This document shows positions 9,013 through 19,936 of a stretch of DNA of 64,000 nt, one piece after another. Origin of the DNA: an uncultured Rikenellaceae bacterium. GTDB lineage: Bacteria > Bacteroidota > Bacteroidia > Bacteroidales > VadinHA17. The notes beneath the pieces were generated by a model. That model did no database searches, had not been told where the DNA came from, and worked only from the letters and a program-made list of their open reading frames with translations. Position numbers and translations under genes: made by a program. Numbering within the stretch: the first letter of the stretch is position 1; every line of letters starts with the position of its first letter. The DNA is taken from assembly GCA_964446825.1 (NCBI GenBank), contig CAYUQR010000006.1:18964-82963 (forward strand), in the 5' to 3' direction.

Positions 9013-10230
9013 CTATTCAAACATGCCTATAACCTTATGCAGGCCTGAAACAAGAGAGTCAATCTCTTCTTTTGTATTATAGAAACATAATGAGGCCCTT
9101 ACAGTTCCATCAATTCCAAAACGGTTCATTACCGGTTGAGCACAATGAGTACCTGTTCTTACCGCCACTCCCATCTTGTCGAGGATCATACCTGTATCAT
9201 ACGGGTGAATGTCTTTAAGCAAAAATGATATTATTGGTATCTTATTGTTTGAATTACCAAAAATTCTTAATCCCTTAATTGCCGTAAGATTTTCGGTTGC
9301 ATAAAGAAGAAGTTCTTTCTCTCTTAGGGCAATATTTTCACGACCTATACTTAACACATAATCAAGCGCCGCTGACAGACCAATGGCACCAGGAAAATTC
9401 ATTGTGCCGGCTTCAAATTTAAAAGGAAATTCGGCATAAGTAGTTTTTTCAAAGGTCACCTGGTCAACCATGTCGCCTCCACCCTGAAAAGGGGGCAATT
9501 CAGCAAGCCATTTTTCCTTGCCATATATTACACCGATACCTGCAGGACCATATATCTTATGCCCTGAAAAAACATAAAAGTCACAATCCATTTTTTTCAC
9601 ATCAACAACTCCGTGCTGTACTCCCTGGGCTCCGTCAATCAATACAGGTATCCCCATAGAGTGAGCAGCTCCGATTATTTCATATACAGGGATTACAGTA
9701 CCAAGGGCATTTGAAACCTGCGATACTGATACAAGTCGTGTTTTAGGCGATAGCATTTTCAGGTAATCCTCAATTTTAATGTGACCGGAATCATCAATAG
9801 GAATAACCTTTAAAACAGCCCCTTTGCGCTCACACATCATCTGCCATGGCACAATATTGGCATGATGTTCCAAATGACTGATTATTATTTCATCTCCGGG
9901 TTTAATATATCTTTCACCGAATGAGAAAGCGATACCATTTATTGACCCGGTTGTTCCCGAAGTAAATACTATTTCTTCTTTTTTACCTGCATTGATGAAA
10001 AATCTGACTTTTTCTCTTGCATTTTCATAGGCTTCAGAAGAAAGGTCGCCCAGGTAATGCACTCCCCTGTGAATATTTGCATAATAAGTTGTATATATTT
10101 CCTTCAGGGCATCAATAACGCATTGTGGCTTTTGCGTTGTTGCCCCGTTATCGAAATAAACAAGAGGTTTATCGTATATCTTCCTGCTCAGAATAGGAAA
10201 ATCCGCCCTTATATCGTTTATATCTTTCAC
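9013..10230 (-). CDS. sufS: cysteine desulfurase SufS
   Basis: Class V aminotransferase pattern (YFDNGATTQKP, SGHKIYGPAGIGVIYG, RTGTHCAQP). Confidence 0.9.
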   Translation of the reverse strand: MKDINDIRADFPILSRKIYDKPLVYFDNGATTQKPQCVIDALKEIYTTYYANIHRGVHYLGDLSSEAYENAREKVRFFINAGKKEEIVFTSGTTGSINGIAFSFGERYIKPGDEIIISHLEHHANIVPWQMMCERKGAVLKVIPIDDSGHIKIEDYLKMLSPKTRLVSVSQVSNALGTVIPVYEIIGAAHSMGIPVLIDGAQGVQHGVVDVKKMDCDFYVFSGHKIYGPAGIGVIYGKEKWLAELPPFQGGGDMVDQVTFEKTTYAEFPFKFEAGTMNFPGAIGLSAALDYVLSIGRENIALREKELLLYATENLTAIKGLRIFGNSNNKIPIISFLLKDIHPYDTGMILDKMGVAVRTGTHCAQPVMNRFGIDGTVRASLCFYNTKEEIDSLVSGLHKVIGMFE

Positions 10231-10242
10231 TTAATTTAAAGT

Positions 10243-11601
10243 TTACCCGCACTTAACCATGCAGCTGGCACATCTTGACAATTCCCCTTTTAGACGCTGC
10301 ATTACCAGGTTGTCCATCCTTTCGCGAAGTGGATATATTTTTATATTCTGAATCACCTCATGAGCAAACCCAAACATAAGCATAAGCCTTGCTTCATGCT
10401 TATTTATACCCCGTGACTGAAGATAGAAAAGGGCATCTTCATCAATCTGTCCTACGGTGGCTCCGTGACTGCACTTTACATCATCAGCAAAGATCTCGAG
10501 TTGCGGTTTACTATCCATTTTGGCATCGTCAGTGAGAATAATATTATTGTTTCGCTGGTAAGCAAGCGTTCCCTGGGCGTCCTTTCTAACAAGGATACGT
10601 CCGTTAAATACCCCGGTTGACATATCATCCAATACTCCCTTAAACAACTGGTTACTTGTGCAATTAGGAAAAGCGTGATCAACATTAACGTAGTTGTCTA
10701 CATGCTGCCACTTATCTGTAAGGAACAAACCATACGAAGAAGTCTCAGCGCCTTCACCTCCAAGATAGTGATAAGTGCTGTTCCTGATCAGCCCTCCGTG
10801 TAGACTCATATTATTTGAGGCAGTGACGCTGTTCCTTTCCTGGTGTATAAATGTATGGGTGACTTTGCCGGCATTATTGTGTTCATTCTGCACTCTGATT
10901 ATGTCAAAATGAGAGTTTTCCCCTACAAAAACTTCGGTGACGGCATTTGTAAGAAATTTTTTAGGGGAAAGAGTGTGGTCGCAAACAATAACTGTGGCCT
11001 CAGAATTTTTTTCTACAATAATCAGGTTCCGATGCTGGTTGAAGATATCTTCCTCAGAATAAACAAGGTTTACGATCTGAATTGGTTTTTCAAGAGCAGC
11101 GCCTTCAGGAACATATATAAACATTCCATCCGGTGCCATAGCCGTATTCAAATGAATAAGTCCGTCAGAATCGCTTTGGGCGTACTTCCCATAGTGTTTT
11201 TCTATCAGATCAGGAAACTTTGCAGCTGCCTCATTAAGACTTCCAACCCATACCCCGCCAGGCAACTTACGAAGTTTATCGTTTATGGTAGGATAAAAAC
11301 CATTGAGTAGCACAATACCGTGAGTATCAAGGTCAGCAACATCACACCTGAACTCCTCAGCTTTAACAAAATCAGAGGCTACAGGGATAAAATAGTTAGC
11401 ATAATCATGATCGAAGAAGATGTTTAGATTGGTGTACTTATAAGCTTCATTTTTCTTTGTAGGAATACCCAGTTCTCTGAATTTTTCAAAAGCCGGTTTC
11501 CTGAAAGAATTAATATAAGGAGAAGAATAGTCGGAAATTTTTTCAATGTTTTCCGCATAAATCACCGAATATCTTTCTGCTATTTCAGTTGTCACACTCA
11601 T
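10243..11601 (-). CDS. sufD: Fe-S cluster assembly protein SufD
   Basis: SufB/SufD beta-helix C-terminal pattern (PQLEIFADDVKCSHGATVGQIDEDALFYLQSRGI). Its start overlaps the sufC stop by 4 nt. Confidence 0.85.
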   Translation of the reverse strand: MSVTTEIAERYSVIYAENIEKISDYSSPYINSFRKPAFEKFRELGIPTKKNEAYKYTNLNIFFDHDYANYFIPVASDFVKAEEFRCDVADLDTHGIVLLNGFYPTINDKLRKLPGGVWVGSLNEAAAKFPDLIEKHYGKYAQSDSDGLIHLNTAMAPDGMFIYVPEGAALEKPIQIVNLVYSEEDIFNQHRNLIIVEKNSEATVIVCDHTLSPKKFLTNAVTEVFVGENSHFDIIRVQNEHNNAGKVTHTFIHQERNSVTASNNMSLHGGLIRNSTYHYLGGEGAETSSYGLFLTDKWQHVDNYVNVDHAFPNCTSNQLFKGVLDDMSTGVFNGRILVRKDAQGTLAYQRNNNIILTDDAKMDSKPQLEIFADDVKCSHGATVGQIDEDALFYLQSRGINKHEARLMLMFGFAHEVIQNIKIYPLRERMDNLVMQRLKGELSRCASCMVKCG

Positions 11602-12362
11602 GCTACAATGCTGTTTTCAACTTCTTTTTTTATCCAGTCATATCCCTTTTCTTCAAGCTCAAGGGCCAATTCCTTTCCTGCTGTTTTAACTATTTTCCCA
11701 TCGTACATAACATGCACAACATCCGGAACGATATAGTCCAGCAGTCTTTGATAGTGAGTAATGACAATAAAGGAATTATCCGGCCTCTTCAGCCTGTTTA
11801 CACCGTTGGCCACAATTCGAAGGGCATCAATATCAAGACCTGAATCAGTTTCATCAAGTATTGCCAGTAAGGGTTCGAGCATAGCCATTTGGAAAATCTC
11901 ATTCTTTTTCTTTTCTCCACCAGAGTATCCTTCGTTCACAGACCTGTTTGCGAGTTTGGAGTCGATTTCAACCAATTCCTTTTTTTCCCGCATCATTTTT
12001 AAAAAGTCAGATGCTGAAAGGGGCTCAATTCCATTATGTTTACGATGTTCATTAACAGCCGTTTTCATGAAATTGACCATACTCACTCCCGGAATTTCAA
12101 TAGGATATTGAAATCCGAGGAAAATTCCCTCCTTCGATCTGTCCTCTGGTGGCATATCAAGAAGGTTCTTTCCCAAATAAGTAACAGTTCCTTCAGTCAC
12201 TTCAACTAATTCCCGTCCAGCAAGTACTGCTGCAAGTGTGCTTTTCCCCGAACCGTTTGGACCCATTAATGCATGGATCTCTCCGGGTTTGACTTCAAGA
12301 CTTATTCCTTTTAAAATATTTTTACCGGCAATAGATGCCTTTAGATTATTAATAACAAGCAT
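11598..12362 (-). CDS. sufC: Fe-S cluster assembly ATPase SufC
   Basis: Walker A GPNGSGKST, signature YSGGEKKK, Walker B AILDETDSGLD. Confidence 0.92.
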   Translation of the reverse strand: MLVINNLKASIAGKNILKGISLEVKPGEIHALMGPNGSGKSTLAAVLAGRELVEVTEGTVTYLGKNLLDMPPEDRSKEGIFLGFQYPIEIPGVSMVNFMKTAVNEHRKHNGIEPLSASDFLKMMREKKELVEIDSKLANRSVNEGYSGGEKKKNEIFQMAMLEPLLAILDETDSGLDIDALRIVANGVNRLKRPDNSFIVITHYQRLLDYIVPDVVHVMYDGKIVKTAGKELALELEEKGYDWIKKEVENSIVA

Positions 12363-12390
12363 ATTAAAGTATTGATGTATAAATATATTT

Positions 12391-13839
12391 CTAACCTACA
12401 CTGCCTTCGAGGCTTATCTGAAGCAATTTCTGTGCTTCAACCGCAAACTCCATAGGCAGTTTATTAATTACTTCGCGTGCATATCCGTTAACAATAAGGC
12501 CAATTGCATCCTCGGTTGAGATACCACGCTGATTGCAATAGAAAATCTGGTCTTCACCTATCTTTGAGGTTGTTGCTTCATGTTCAACAATAGCTGTCTG
12601 ATTGTCGACTTCAAGATAAGGGAAAGTATGTGCCCCGCATTTATCTCCCATCAGAAGAGAATCGCACTGGGAATAATTCCTGGCATTGGTGGCATTTTTT
12701 AAAACCTTCACAAGTCCCCTGTAGCTGTTCTGGCCATACCCGGCAGAGATCCCTTTTGATACAATGGTGCTTTTTGTATTTTTCCCGATATGCATCATTT
12801 TCGTCCCGGTATCTGCCTGTTGACGGTTATTTGCTACAGCAACAGAATAAAATTCGCCAGTTGAATTATCGCCCCGCAGGATACACGATGGATATTTCCA
12901 GGTAATTGCCGAGCCGGTTTCTATCTGTGTCCAGGAGATCTTTGAGTTTTCACCCTTGCATAATCCTCTTTTTGTGACAAAATTGAATACCCCTCCCTTC
13001 CCATTCTTATCACCTGGATACCAATTCTGGACCGTTGAATATTTAACTTCCGCATTCTTTTCTGCAACAATCTCCACAATAGCGGCATGAAGCTGATTTT
13101 CATCACGCGAAGGAGCTGTACATCCTTCAAGGTAGCTAACATAACTCTCTTCGTCGGCGATAAGCAGCGTTCTTTCGAACTGCCCGGTATTTGCCGAATT
13201 GATCCTGAAGTAGGTCGACAGCTCCATTGGGCATCTTACACCCTTCGGGATATAACAGAATGAACCATCGCTGAAAACGGCAGAATTAAGAGTTGCAAAA
13301 AAATTATCGGTGTAGGGTACAACACTGCCCATATATCTTTTTACCAGTTCAGGATATTCCTTTACAGCTTCGCTGAAAGAGCAGAAAACTATTCCTAGTT
13401 CAGCGAGAGTTTCTTTAAAGGTTGTCTTCACCGATACACTGTCCATTACAGCATCAACTGCGACACCTGTCAGATGCTTTTGTTCATCGAGCGGGATACC
13501 CAGTTTGTCAAAAGTTTTTTTCAATTCAGGGTCTATATCATCGATGCTGTCGAGGGCTTTTCTTTGCCTGGGAGCAGCATAAAAAATAATATCCTGATAA
13601 TTGATGGGCGGTATTTTAAGATTTGCCCATGTTGGCATTTTCATTGTAAGCCAGTGCCTGTACGACTTTAAACGAAATTCAAGAAGCCATTCAGGTTCAT
13701 TTTTTTTTGTGGAAATAAGCCGGACAACCTCCTCACTGAGCCCTTTCGGTATCCGGTCCATTTCAATGTCGGAATAGAAACCGTACTTATATTCTCCTGA
13801 TGTTACGTCACTTAATATTTTATCCTGATCTTTTTCCAT
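12391..13839 (-). CDS. sufB: Fe-S cluster assembly scaffold SufB
   Basis: Highly conserved SufB pattern (YGFYSD.., [27 protein letters not shown]). Confidence 0.92.
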   Translation of the reverse strand: MEKDQDKILSDVTSGEYKYGFYSDIEMDRIPKGLSEEVVRLISTKKNEPEWLLEFRLKSYRHWLTMKMPTWANLKIPPINYQDIIFYAAPRQRKALDSIDDIDPELKKTFDKLGIPLDEQKHLTGVAVDAVMDSVSVKTTFKETLAELGIVFCSFSEAVKEYPELVKRYMGSVVPYTDNFFATLNSAVFSDGSFCYIPKGVRCPMELSTYFRINSANTGQFERTLLIADEESYVSYLEGCTAPSRDENQLHAAIVEIVAEKNAEVKYSTVQNWYPGDKNGKGGVFNFVTKRGLCKGENSKISWTQIETGSAITWKYPSCILRGDNSTGEFYSVAVANNRQQADTGTKMMHIGKNTKSTIVSKGISAGYGQNSYRGLVKVLKNATNARNYSQCDSLLMGDKCGAHTFPYLEVDNQTAIVEHEATTSKIGEDQIFYCNQRGISTEDAIGLIVNGYAREVINKLPMEFAVEAQKLLQISLEGSVG

Positions 13840-14128
13840 CTGTTTGTTTTACATCCTATTCTATACCAGTTTAAACAAACCTGGGCACTATTTGTTATTT
13901 TCTTAATTATATTTAATCTAAATAAGCATGCAAAAATAAGAAAAATATAGGATTTGAGAGAGATACATACCGGAAAATTGATCACAAAAGAATATTTAAA
14001 ATTCTTATTCGATGTCTGTTAAATCAGGATACCCGATGATTAAATCAGATTATCCAAAGAAAAATATATTTACATTTGATGCCTTATTTAATTTCCCATT
14101 TAAAATATAGCTGAATATATCTCAACCG

Positions 14129-15544
14129 ATGAAAAGTTATATACGGTCACTCATCCTGAGTCACGGCAAGAAACTGCTAATGCTGTCAGTTATGTTCTTT
14201 GCTCCTTTGAGCCTGTTTGCAGCATCAGGCAAGGTACCTTCTATAGGTCCGGTAAGATTTGAATTTATAATTTTCGGGCTGACACTTGTGAATGTTGCCA
14301 TTTTTCACAAACACACATTCCGGGTAGCACTGGCAGGACTTGCAGTTTTATTGATCTTTAAAATAATTTTCGACCCGGGCTTCAATATTTTTCAGCATCT
14401 TTTTGGACAGACTCCTTTTGTTGAACAACTTTTACATAAAAATTTAAGACAGGGAGAATGGGGAATTTTGCTCAATCTTCTGGGTTTGCTTCTCGGCTTC
14501 TCAATTTTATCAAAGATCTTCGAACTATCTGAGGTTCCAAGTGTCCTGCCAAAATATCTCCCCAATGACTGGAAGGGTCCTTTCACACTGCTAATATTCG
14601 TATTTATCCTGTCGTCTTTTCTCGATAACATCGCTGCAGCATTAATTGGAGGCACAATTGCACTGATTGTATTTAAAGACAGAGTGCACATAGGATATAT
14701 TGCTGCAATAGTTGCAGCAAGCAATGCAGGAGGAAGCGGAAGTGTGGTTGGGGATACAACAACAACAATGATGTGGATCGACGGAGTTGCTGCATTTAAC
14801 GTTCTTCATGGATTCATAGCCGCGATAGTTGCTCTGCTTTTTTTCGCCTGGTTTGCATCGCATCAGCAGGATAAATACCAGAGGATCCAGAAAGATGCAG
14901 ATCCTAATGCTAAAATTGACTGGGTAAGAATTTTCAATGTAGCCCTGATACTTGCCGGTGCCATTATCTCTAATATACTTTATGAAATGCCCGCATTGGG
15001 AGTATGGATTGCAATTGTTGCAGGATCGTTTCTCAGACCTGTTCCATGGAAAGAGGTTCCGGGAGCCATCAAAGGAACTATTTTCCTTCTCTGTCTGGTA
15101 TCATGTGCCGCGATGATGCCAGTGGAAGAGTTGCCCGATGCTTCAGTTGCTACTGCATTTTCCATGGGATTTTTATCTTCGGTATTTGATAACATTCCGC
15201 TTACAAGAATTTGTCTGGAGCAGGGCCATTTTGACTGGGGAATGCTTGCATACAGTGTAGGATTCGGAGGATCAATGATATGGTTTGGTTCATCAACAGG
15301 CGTGGCATTAACCAACAAGTTTCCTGAAAGCCGCGATGTTATACTCTGGGTAAGAAAGGGATGGCATGTGGCAGCAGCATACGTAATAGGATTCTTCGCC
15401 CTGTACCTGATTATGGGTTGGGAACCCGCGGACAATAAAGAGCATAAAGTTATAGATTGTCCTGTTCCGGGTTGCCATATGGGGACAAAAACAAAAGATA
15501 TAAAAGTGATTGGAGCCGTTAGACTTTACGATATAACAAAATAA
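14129..15544 (+). CDS. ArsB/NhaD-superfamily ion transporter (NhaD-like), paralog 1
   Basis: Polytopic membrane protein with NhaD-type motifs SSFLDNIAAAL and ASNAGGSGSVVGDTTTTMMWI. Confidence 0.6.
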   Translation: MKSYIRSLILSHGKKLLMLSVMFFAPLSLFAASGKVPSIGPVRFEFIIFGLTLVNVAIFHKHTFRVALAGLAVLLIFKIIFDPGFNIFQHLFGQTPFVEQLLHKNLRQGEWGILLNLLGLLLGFSILSKIFELSEVPSVLPKYLPNDWKGPFTLLIFVFILSSFLDNIAAALIGGTIALIVFKDRVHIGYIAAIVAASNAGGSGSVVGDTTTTMMWIDGVAAFNVLHGFIAAIVALLFFAWFASHQQDKYQRIQKDADPNAKIDWVRIFNVALILAGAIISNILYEMPALGVWIAIVAGSFLRPVPWKEVPGAIKGTIFLLCLVSCAAMMPVEELPDASVATAFSMGFLSSVFDNIPLTRICLEQGHFDWGMLAYSVGFGGSMIWFGSSTGVALTNKFPESRDVILWVRKGWHVAAAYVIGFFALYLIMGWEPADNKEHKVIDCPVPGCHMGTKTKDIKVIGAVRLYDITK

Positions 15545-15580
15545 CAAAATAACAAAATAACAGAATAACCAGATTGTATC

Positions 15581-16990
15581 ATGACAAAAAAGCTTAAATT
15601 TTTATCATTGCAAACCTCAAAAATAATTTTCATTTCAATCATCATACTGGTCTCCCCGCTTCTTATATTTCTTACTTCCGGTCAACCACCGTCAATTGGT
15701 CCTGTAAGGGTAGAGTTCATTATTTTCGGACTTATCCTTCTCGGAGTTGCCCTTTTTCATCATCAGACATTCCGGGTTGCTGTTACAGGATTAACAATTC
15801 TATTAATTTATAAATTCATATTCGATCCGGGGTTCCATTTCATGGAACACATGTTTGGGACCAATTCATTTGGAGAACAGTTGATGAATAAAGAATTACG
15901 GCAGGGAGAATGGGGAATCATACTTAATCTTCTTGGCCTTTTGCTCGGTTTTGCACTGCTTTCGAAGATATTTGAAGAATCGAGGATTCCTGATATACTT
16001 CCGCATTATCTTCCTAATGACTGGAAAGGACCTCTAATGCTCCTTGTTTTTGTTTTTGTAATGTCCGCATTCCTTGACAATATCGCTGCAGCTCTTATCG
16101 GCGGTACAATAGCCCTTGTGGTATTTAAACACAAGGTGCATTTAGGCTATATTGCCGCAATTGTTGCAGCAAGTAATGCAGGAGGAGCCGGGAGTGTAGT
16201 CGGGGATACAACCACCACAATGATGTGGATAGACGGAGTAAGTGCTTTTAATGTATTACATGCTTTTGTCGCATCATTATTTGCTTTTGTCATTTTTGCC
16301 TGGTTCGGTTCACATCAGCAGGACAAATACCACAGAATACAGAAAGATGCTAAACCTGGAATTAAAATTGACTGGAAGAGAATATTCGTTGTAGCGCTTA
16401 TTCTTGTAGGGGCAATTATTATGAACATTGTATATGATATGCCGGCACTTGGTGTCTGGTTAGCCCTGGTAATCGGAGCTTTAATAATAAAAGTGCCATG
16501 GAAGGAAATCCCTGGCGCTATAAAAGGAACAATATTTCTACTTTGCCTTGTAACAAGCGCATCATTAATGCCTGTTGAAGAACTCCCGTCTGCTTCATGG
16601 TTTACAGCTTTTTCCCTTGGATTTCTTTCATCAGTTTTTGATAACATCCCGCTTACAAAACTTTGTCTCGACCAGGGTCATTTCGACTGGGGTATGCTGG
16701 CATACAGTGTGGGATTTGGAGGTTCAATGGTCTGGTTTGGTTCATCTGCAGGAGTAGCAATTACTAATAAATTTCCAGATGGTCGCGATGTGTTTCAGTG
16801 GATCAGGAAAGGATGGCATGTGGCAGCAGCATATGTTATAGGATTTTTTGCCCTGTTCCTCATTATGGGATGGGAACCCGCAGATAATAAAGAGCATAAA
16901 ATAATTAATTGTCCTGTACCCGGTTGCCCTATGGGAACCAAAGCAGAAGCTGGCAAAGGAGCCTTAAGTTATCCTGATCTGATTAAATAA
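15581..16990 (+). CDS. ArsB/NhaD-superfamily ion transporter (NhaD-like), paralog 2
   Basis: Collinear with 14129..15544 over the whole length and sharing the same motifs (SAFLDNIAAAL, ASNAGGAGSVVGDTTTTMMWI). Confidence 0.6.
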   Translation: MTKKLKFLSLQTSKIIFISIIILVSPLLIFLTSGQPPSIGPVRVEFIIFGLILLGVALFHHQTFRVAVTGLTILLIYKFIFDPGFHFMEHMFGTNSFGEQLMNKELRQGEWGIILNLLGLLLGFALLSKIFEESRIPDILPHYLPNDWKGPLMLLVFVFVMSAFLDNIAAALIGGTIALVVFKHKVHLGYIAAIVAASNAGGAGSVVGDTTTTMMWIDGVSAFNVLHAFVASLFAFVIFAWFGSHQQDKYHRIQKDAKPGIKIDWKRIFVVALILVGAIIMNIVYDMPALGVWLALVIGALIIKVPWKEIPGAIKGTIFLLCLVTSASLMPVEELPSASWFTAFSLGFLSSVFDNIPLTKLCLDQGHFDWGMLAYSVGFGGSMVWFGSSAGVAITNKFPDGRDVFQWIRKGWHVAAAYVIGFFALFLIMGWEPADNKEHKIINCPVPGCPMGTKAEAGKGALSYPDLIK

Positions 16991-17000
16991 AAAAGTAACC

Positions 17001-18080
17001 CTATTTACTTTCTTTGTATTCTTTTATTAACGACTGAAAGATCTCTTTAACAGAAGTGATTTTTGTTGCCCTGAATGCATTTGATCCTGCAAATGCATAC
17101 CCGTTTTCAAAATTGCCCTTAAGTGCATTGATAAGAGCTACAATGATACAGTAAGGACTTTTTGAAATATCACAGGTCTTTATGCATTTGAAAGGACACA
17201 TCTTGGGTTGTTTTTTACCGTCTCTTACTTTCTTAATAAAATTGCTCAGTATTGCCCTTCCCGGCATACCAACCGGGCTTTTAATAATTTCGATATCTGA
17301 GCTGACAGCGTTTATGTAAGCCTGCTTGAATTCGGGTGAGGCATCACATTCATCGGTGGTCACAAAACGGGTACCCATCTGAACACCTGAGGCGCCCAGT
17401 TCAAGTATTTTATGAATATCTTCGCCGGTATATATTCCCCCTGCAGCAAACAGCGGAATTTTTGTATTATACTTGTCCTCAAATATTTTCAGTTCGCTGA
17501 CGATTTCGGGAACAAGCTTCTCGAGCGAATAGTCATTATTAAAAATCTGATCCTCTTTAAATCCCAGATGTCCACCTGCTTTTGGTCCTTCCACAATAAC
17601 AGCATCAGGAAGATAATCATAATTTGCTTTCCATTTTTCGCATATGATCCTTGTCGCTCTTGCTGAAGAGACTATAGGTATAAGTTTTGTTATGCTGTCC
17701 TTCTTCAGAAAAGATGGCAGATCAAGCGGGAGTCCTGCTCCTGCAGTAATCAGATCAACCTTTTCGGAGATTGCTGTTTTAATCATATCGGTGAAGTTTG
17801 TCATGGCAACCATGACATTGACGCCTATTACACCAAAAGTTTTTTCACGTGCTTTGCGTATTTCTTCTTTAAGTCCGTGGATACTCGCTGCAAGAAAATC
17901 AGATGAAAAATCCCTGTATAAAAGCCCAAGTCCTGCACTCGATATAACTCCTACCCCGCCTTCATTTGCGACTGCCGAAGCAAGTCCGGAAAGTGATATT
18001 CCTACCCCCATTCCCCCCTGAATAATTGGAACTGCTATAGCAAGATTTCCAATTCTTAATTCCTTCATTTTCATTTTCAT
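17001..18080 (-). CDS. nitronate monooxygenase family flavoprotein (FabK-like enoyl-ACP reductase II candidate)
   Basis: PIIQGGMGVGIS FMN-binding N-terminus, AGGHLG, and a GASGVQMGTRF TIM-barrel pattern. Confidence 0.7.
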   Translation of the reverse strand: MKMKMKELRIGNLAIAVPIIQGGMGVGISLSGLASAVANEGGVGVISSAGLGLLYRDFSSDFLAASIHGLKEEIRKAREKTFGVIGVNVMVAMTNFTDMIKTAISEKVDLITAGAGLPLDLPSFLKKDSITKLIPIVSSARATRIICEKWKANYDYLPDAVIVEGPKAGGHLGFKEDQIFNNDYSLEKLVPEIVSELKIFEDKYNTKIPLFAAGGIYTGEDIHKILELGASGVQMGTRFVTTDECDASPEFKQAYINAVSSDIEIIKSPVGMPGRAILSNFIKKVRDGKKQPKMCPFKCIKTCDISKSPYCIIVALINALKGNFENGYAFAGSNAFRATKITSVKEIFQSLIKEYKESK

Positions 18081-18154
18081 AAACTTAGCAAAGGTAATCC
18101 AATAATAATAGCTTATGCATTAAAATAGAAATTTAACATTTATTAATATTTAAA

Positions 18155-18254
18155 GGCATAACGGCTTTATGGCACAAGGGCACAATGGCATAATTACCTC
18201 TGAGACTCTTTGCCTTTGCGCCGTGGCGCCGTTGAACCATTGTGCCATATTGCA
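18155..18254. repeat. intergenic island of two 8-nt-periodic arrays in inverted orientation
   Basis: Array 1 at 18155-18194: ggcataac ggctttat ggcacaag ggcacaat ggcataat. Array 2 at 18207-18246: tctttgcc tttgcgcc gtggcgcc gttgaacc attgtgcc. The consensus GGCnnAAn is the reverse complement of nTTnnGCC. Confidence 0.6.
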
Positions 18255-18304
18255 GCTTTTGTTAAAAAATTATTAACTTTAGAGTGATAATAATAAAACC
18301 TGTT

Positions 18305-19918
18305 ATGAAAAGGATAATAAATATACTTATTGCACTTATTCTTGTTGCATCAAATATTTCAGCCCAGGCTGAAAAAGATATAAAAGCTGAAATAAAACAT
18401 GTCACCGTTTTCCCCGACAGGGCACAAGTTTCCCGCGAGACTGCCGTTTCCATTTCATCCGGAAAAACGATTCTCAAACTTACAGGTCTTTCTCCTTATA
18501 TTGATAATCAGAGCATTCAGGTAAAAGGCTTCGGGGAATTCACCATCCTGTCTGTAAATCAACAGAATAATTATCTTCAGAATCTTGAGGACACGCCTGA
18601 AGTGAAAAGCATAAGAAGTCAGATTGAGGATCTAAAGATGAAAGTCGAAGATGAAAATGCCGCTATAAATGTATTGAAGAGTAAAGCTGATTTTCTGAGG
18701 GCAAACCAGGCTATCCTGGTTAAAGAAACCACATTTTCACTGGAACAGCTTAAAAGTGTTATGGACCTGTATACCAATAATATGGATCAGGTTACCATGA
18801 CAACCCTGAAGAAAGAAAGGCTTATAAAAGGTTATGAGAAGCAGATAGCCGCACTTCAGCAGCAATTATCAGACAAGCTGGGTAGGCAGAAGCTTCCTTC
18901 AGGGGAAATATATGTTACTGTGCAATCTGATAAACAGGTGTCTGGGAAGGTCGCCTTCAGTTATGTAGTATCCAATGCAGGCTGGTATCCTTCATACGAT
19001 ATCAGAGTTGATGATATTAATAATCCCGTTACAATTTATTATAAAGCTAATGTATTTCAGAACACGGGAGTTGCATGGAAAGATGTCAGGCTCAGTTTCT
19101 CAAATGCCACTCCCTGGGTGGCGGGAGATATTCCTGTTTTATCTCCGTGGTTTATAGATTATTATACTCCCCCTCAAATCAGGATAAGAGGGACATCATC
19201 TCTTAAACGAAGTGAGGCACCAGCCATTATGGAAATGGCTGCAAGTGAAGATAAAGCAGGAGGGAAAGCATTGGAAGCAATTCCGATATCAGTAAATAAA
19301 CAAGTCGGAGAAACCACCATCACATTTGATATTGCAATCCCATATACAATACAGGCTGACGGAAAAGTGCAAACAGTAGAAATTCAGCGCCTGAGTGCGC
19401 CTGCTCAATACAGTTATCTTACTCTTCCAAAATTATCTCCCCTGGCTTATCTTACTGCAAATATAACCGACTGGGCAAAACTTAGTCTTCAGAGTGGTGA
19501 GGCAACTCTCTATTTTGAAAACACATTCGTCGGAAAATCAACTATCAATGTTAACCAGCTTACGGACACTCTTACAATTTCTCTCGGAAATGATAACAGC
19601 ATACTTGTAAAGAGAGAGAAACGTAAAGATTTCACCAGTAAAAAGATAATTGGATCAAATAAGACAGAGACCCATTCATTTTTGCTGACTGTCAGAAACA
19701 ATAAAACAAATCCGGTTGACATTACTTTAAAAGACCAGATCCCTGTTTCGTCTAACAGCGGAATCTCAGTTGACCCTGTTGAATTATCAGGAGGAAAACT
19801 TAATGCCCAGACTGGAGAAATAAAATGGGAACTTTTAATTAAACCTCAGGAAACCTTACAGATTATACTGACTTATTCAGTGAAATATCCAAAAGACAAA
19901 ACAGTTAATTTGGAATAA
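18305..19918 (+). CDS. DUF4139/DUF4140 (mucoidy-inhibitor MuiA-like) domain protein, secreted
   Basis: The ORF track starts at GTG 18284. The ATG at 18305 gives a clean signal peptide (MKRIINILIALILVASNISAQA). VTVFPDRAQVSRE is the typical DUF4140 N-terminus. Confidence 0.6.
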   Translation: MKRIINILIALILVASNISAQAEKDIKAEIKHVTVFPDRAQVSRETAVSISSGKTILKLTGLSPYIDNQSIQVKGFGEFTILSVNQQNNYLQNLEDTPEVKSIRSQIEDLKMKVEDENAAINVLKSKADFLRANQAILVKETTFSLEQLKSVMDLYTNNMDQVTMTTLKKERLIKGYEKQIAALQQQLSDKLGRQKLPSGEIYVTVQSDKQVSGKVAFSYVVSNAGWYPSYDIRVDDINNPVTIYYKANVFQNTGVAWKDVRLSFSNATPWVAGDIPVLSPWFIDYYTPPQIRIRGTSSLKRSEAPAIMEMAASEDKAGGKALEAIPISVNKQVGETTITFDIAIPYTIQADGKVQTVEIQRLSAPAQYSYLTLPKLSPLAYLTANITDWAKLSLQSGEATLYFENTFVGKSTINVNQLTDTLTISLGNDNSILVKREKRKDFTSKKIIGSNKTETHSFLLTVRNNKTNPVDITLKDQIPVSSNSGISVDPVELSGGKLNAQTGEIKWELLIKPQETLQIILTYSVKYPKDKTVNLE

Positions 19919-19936
19919 TCATCTAACAATATACCA

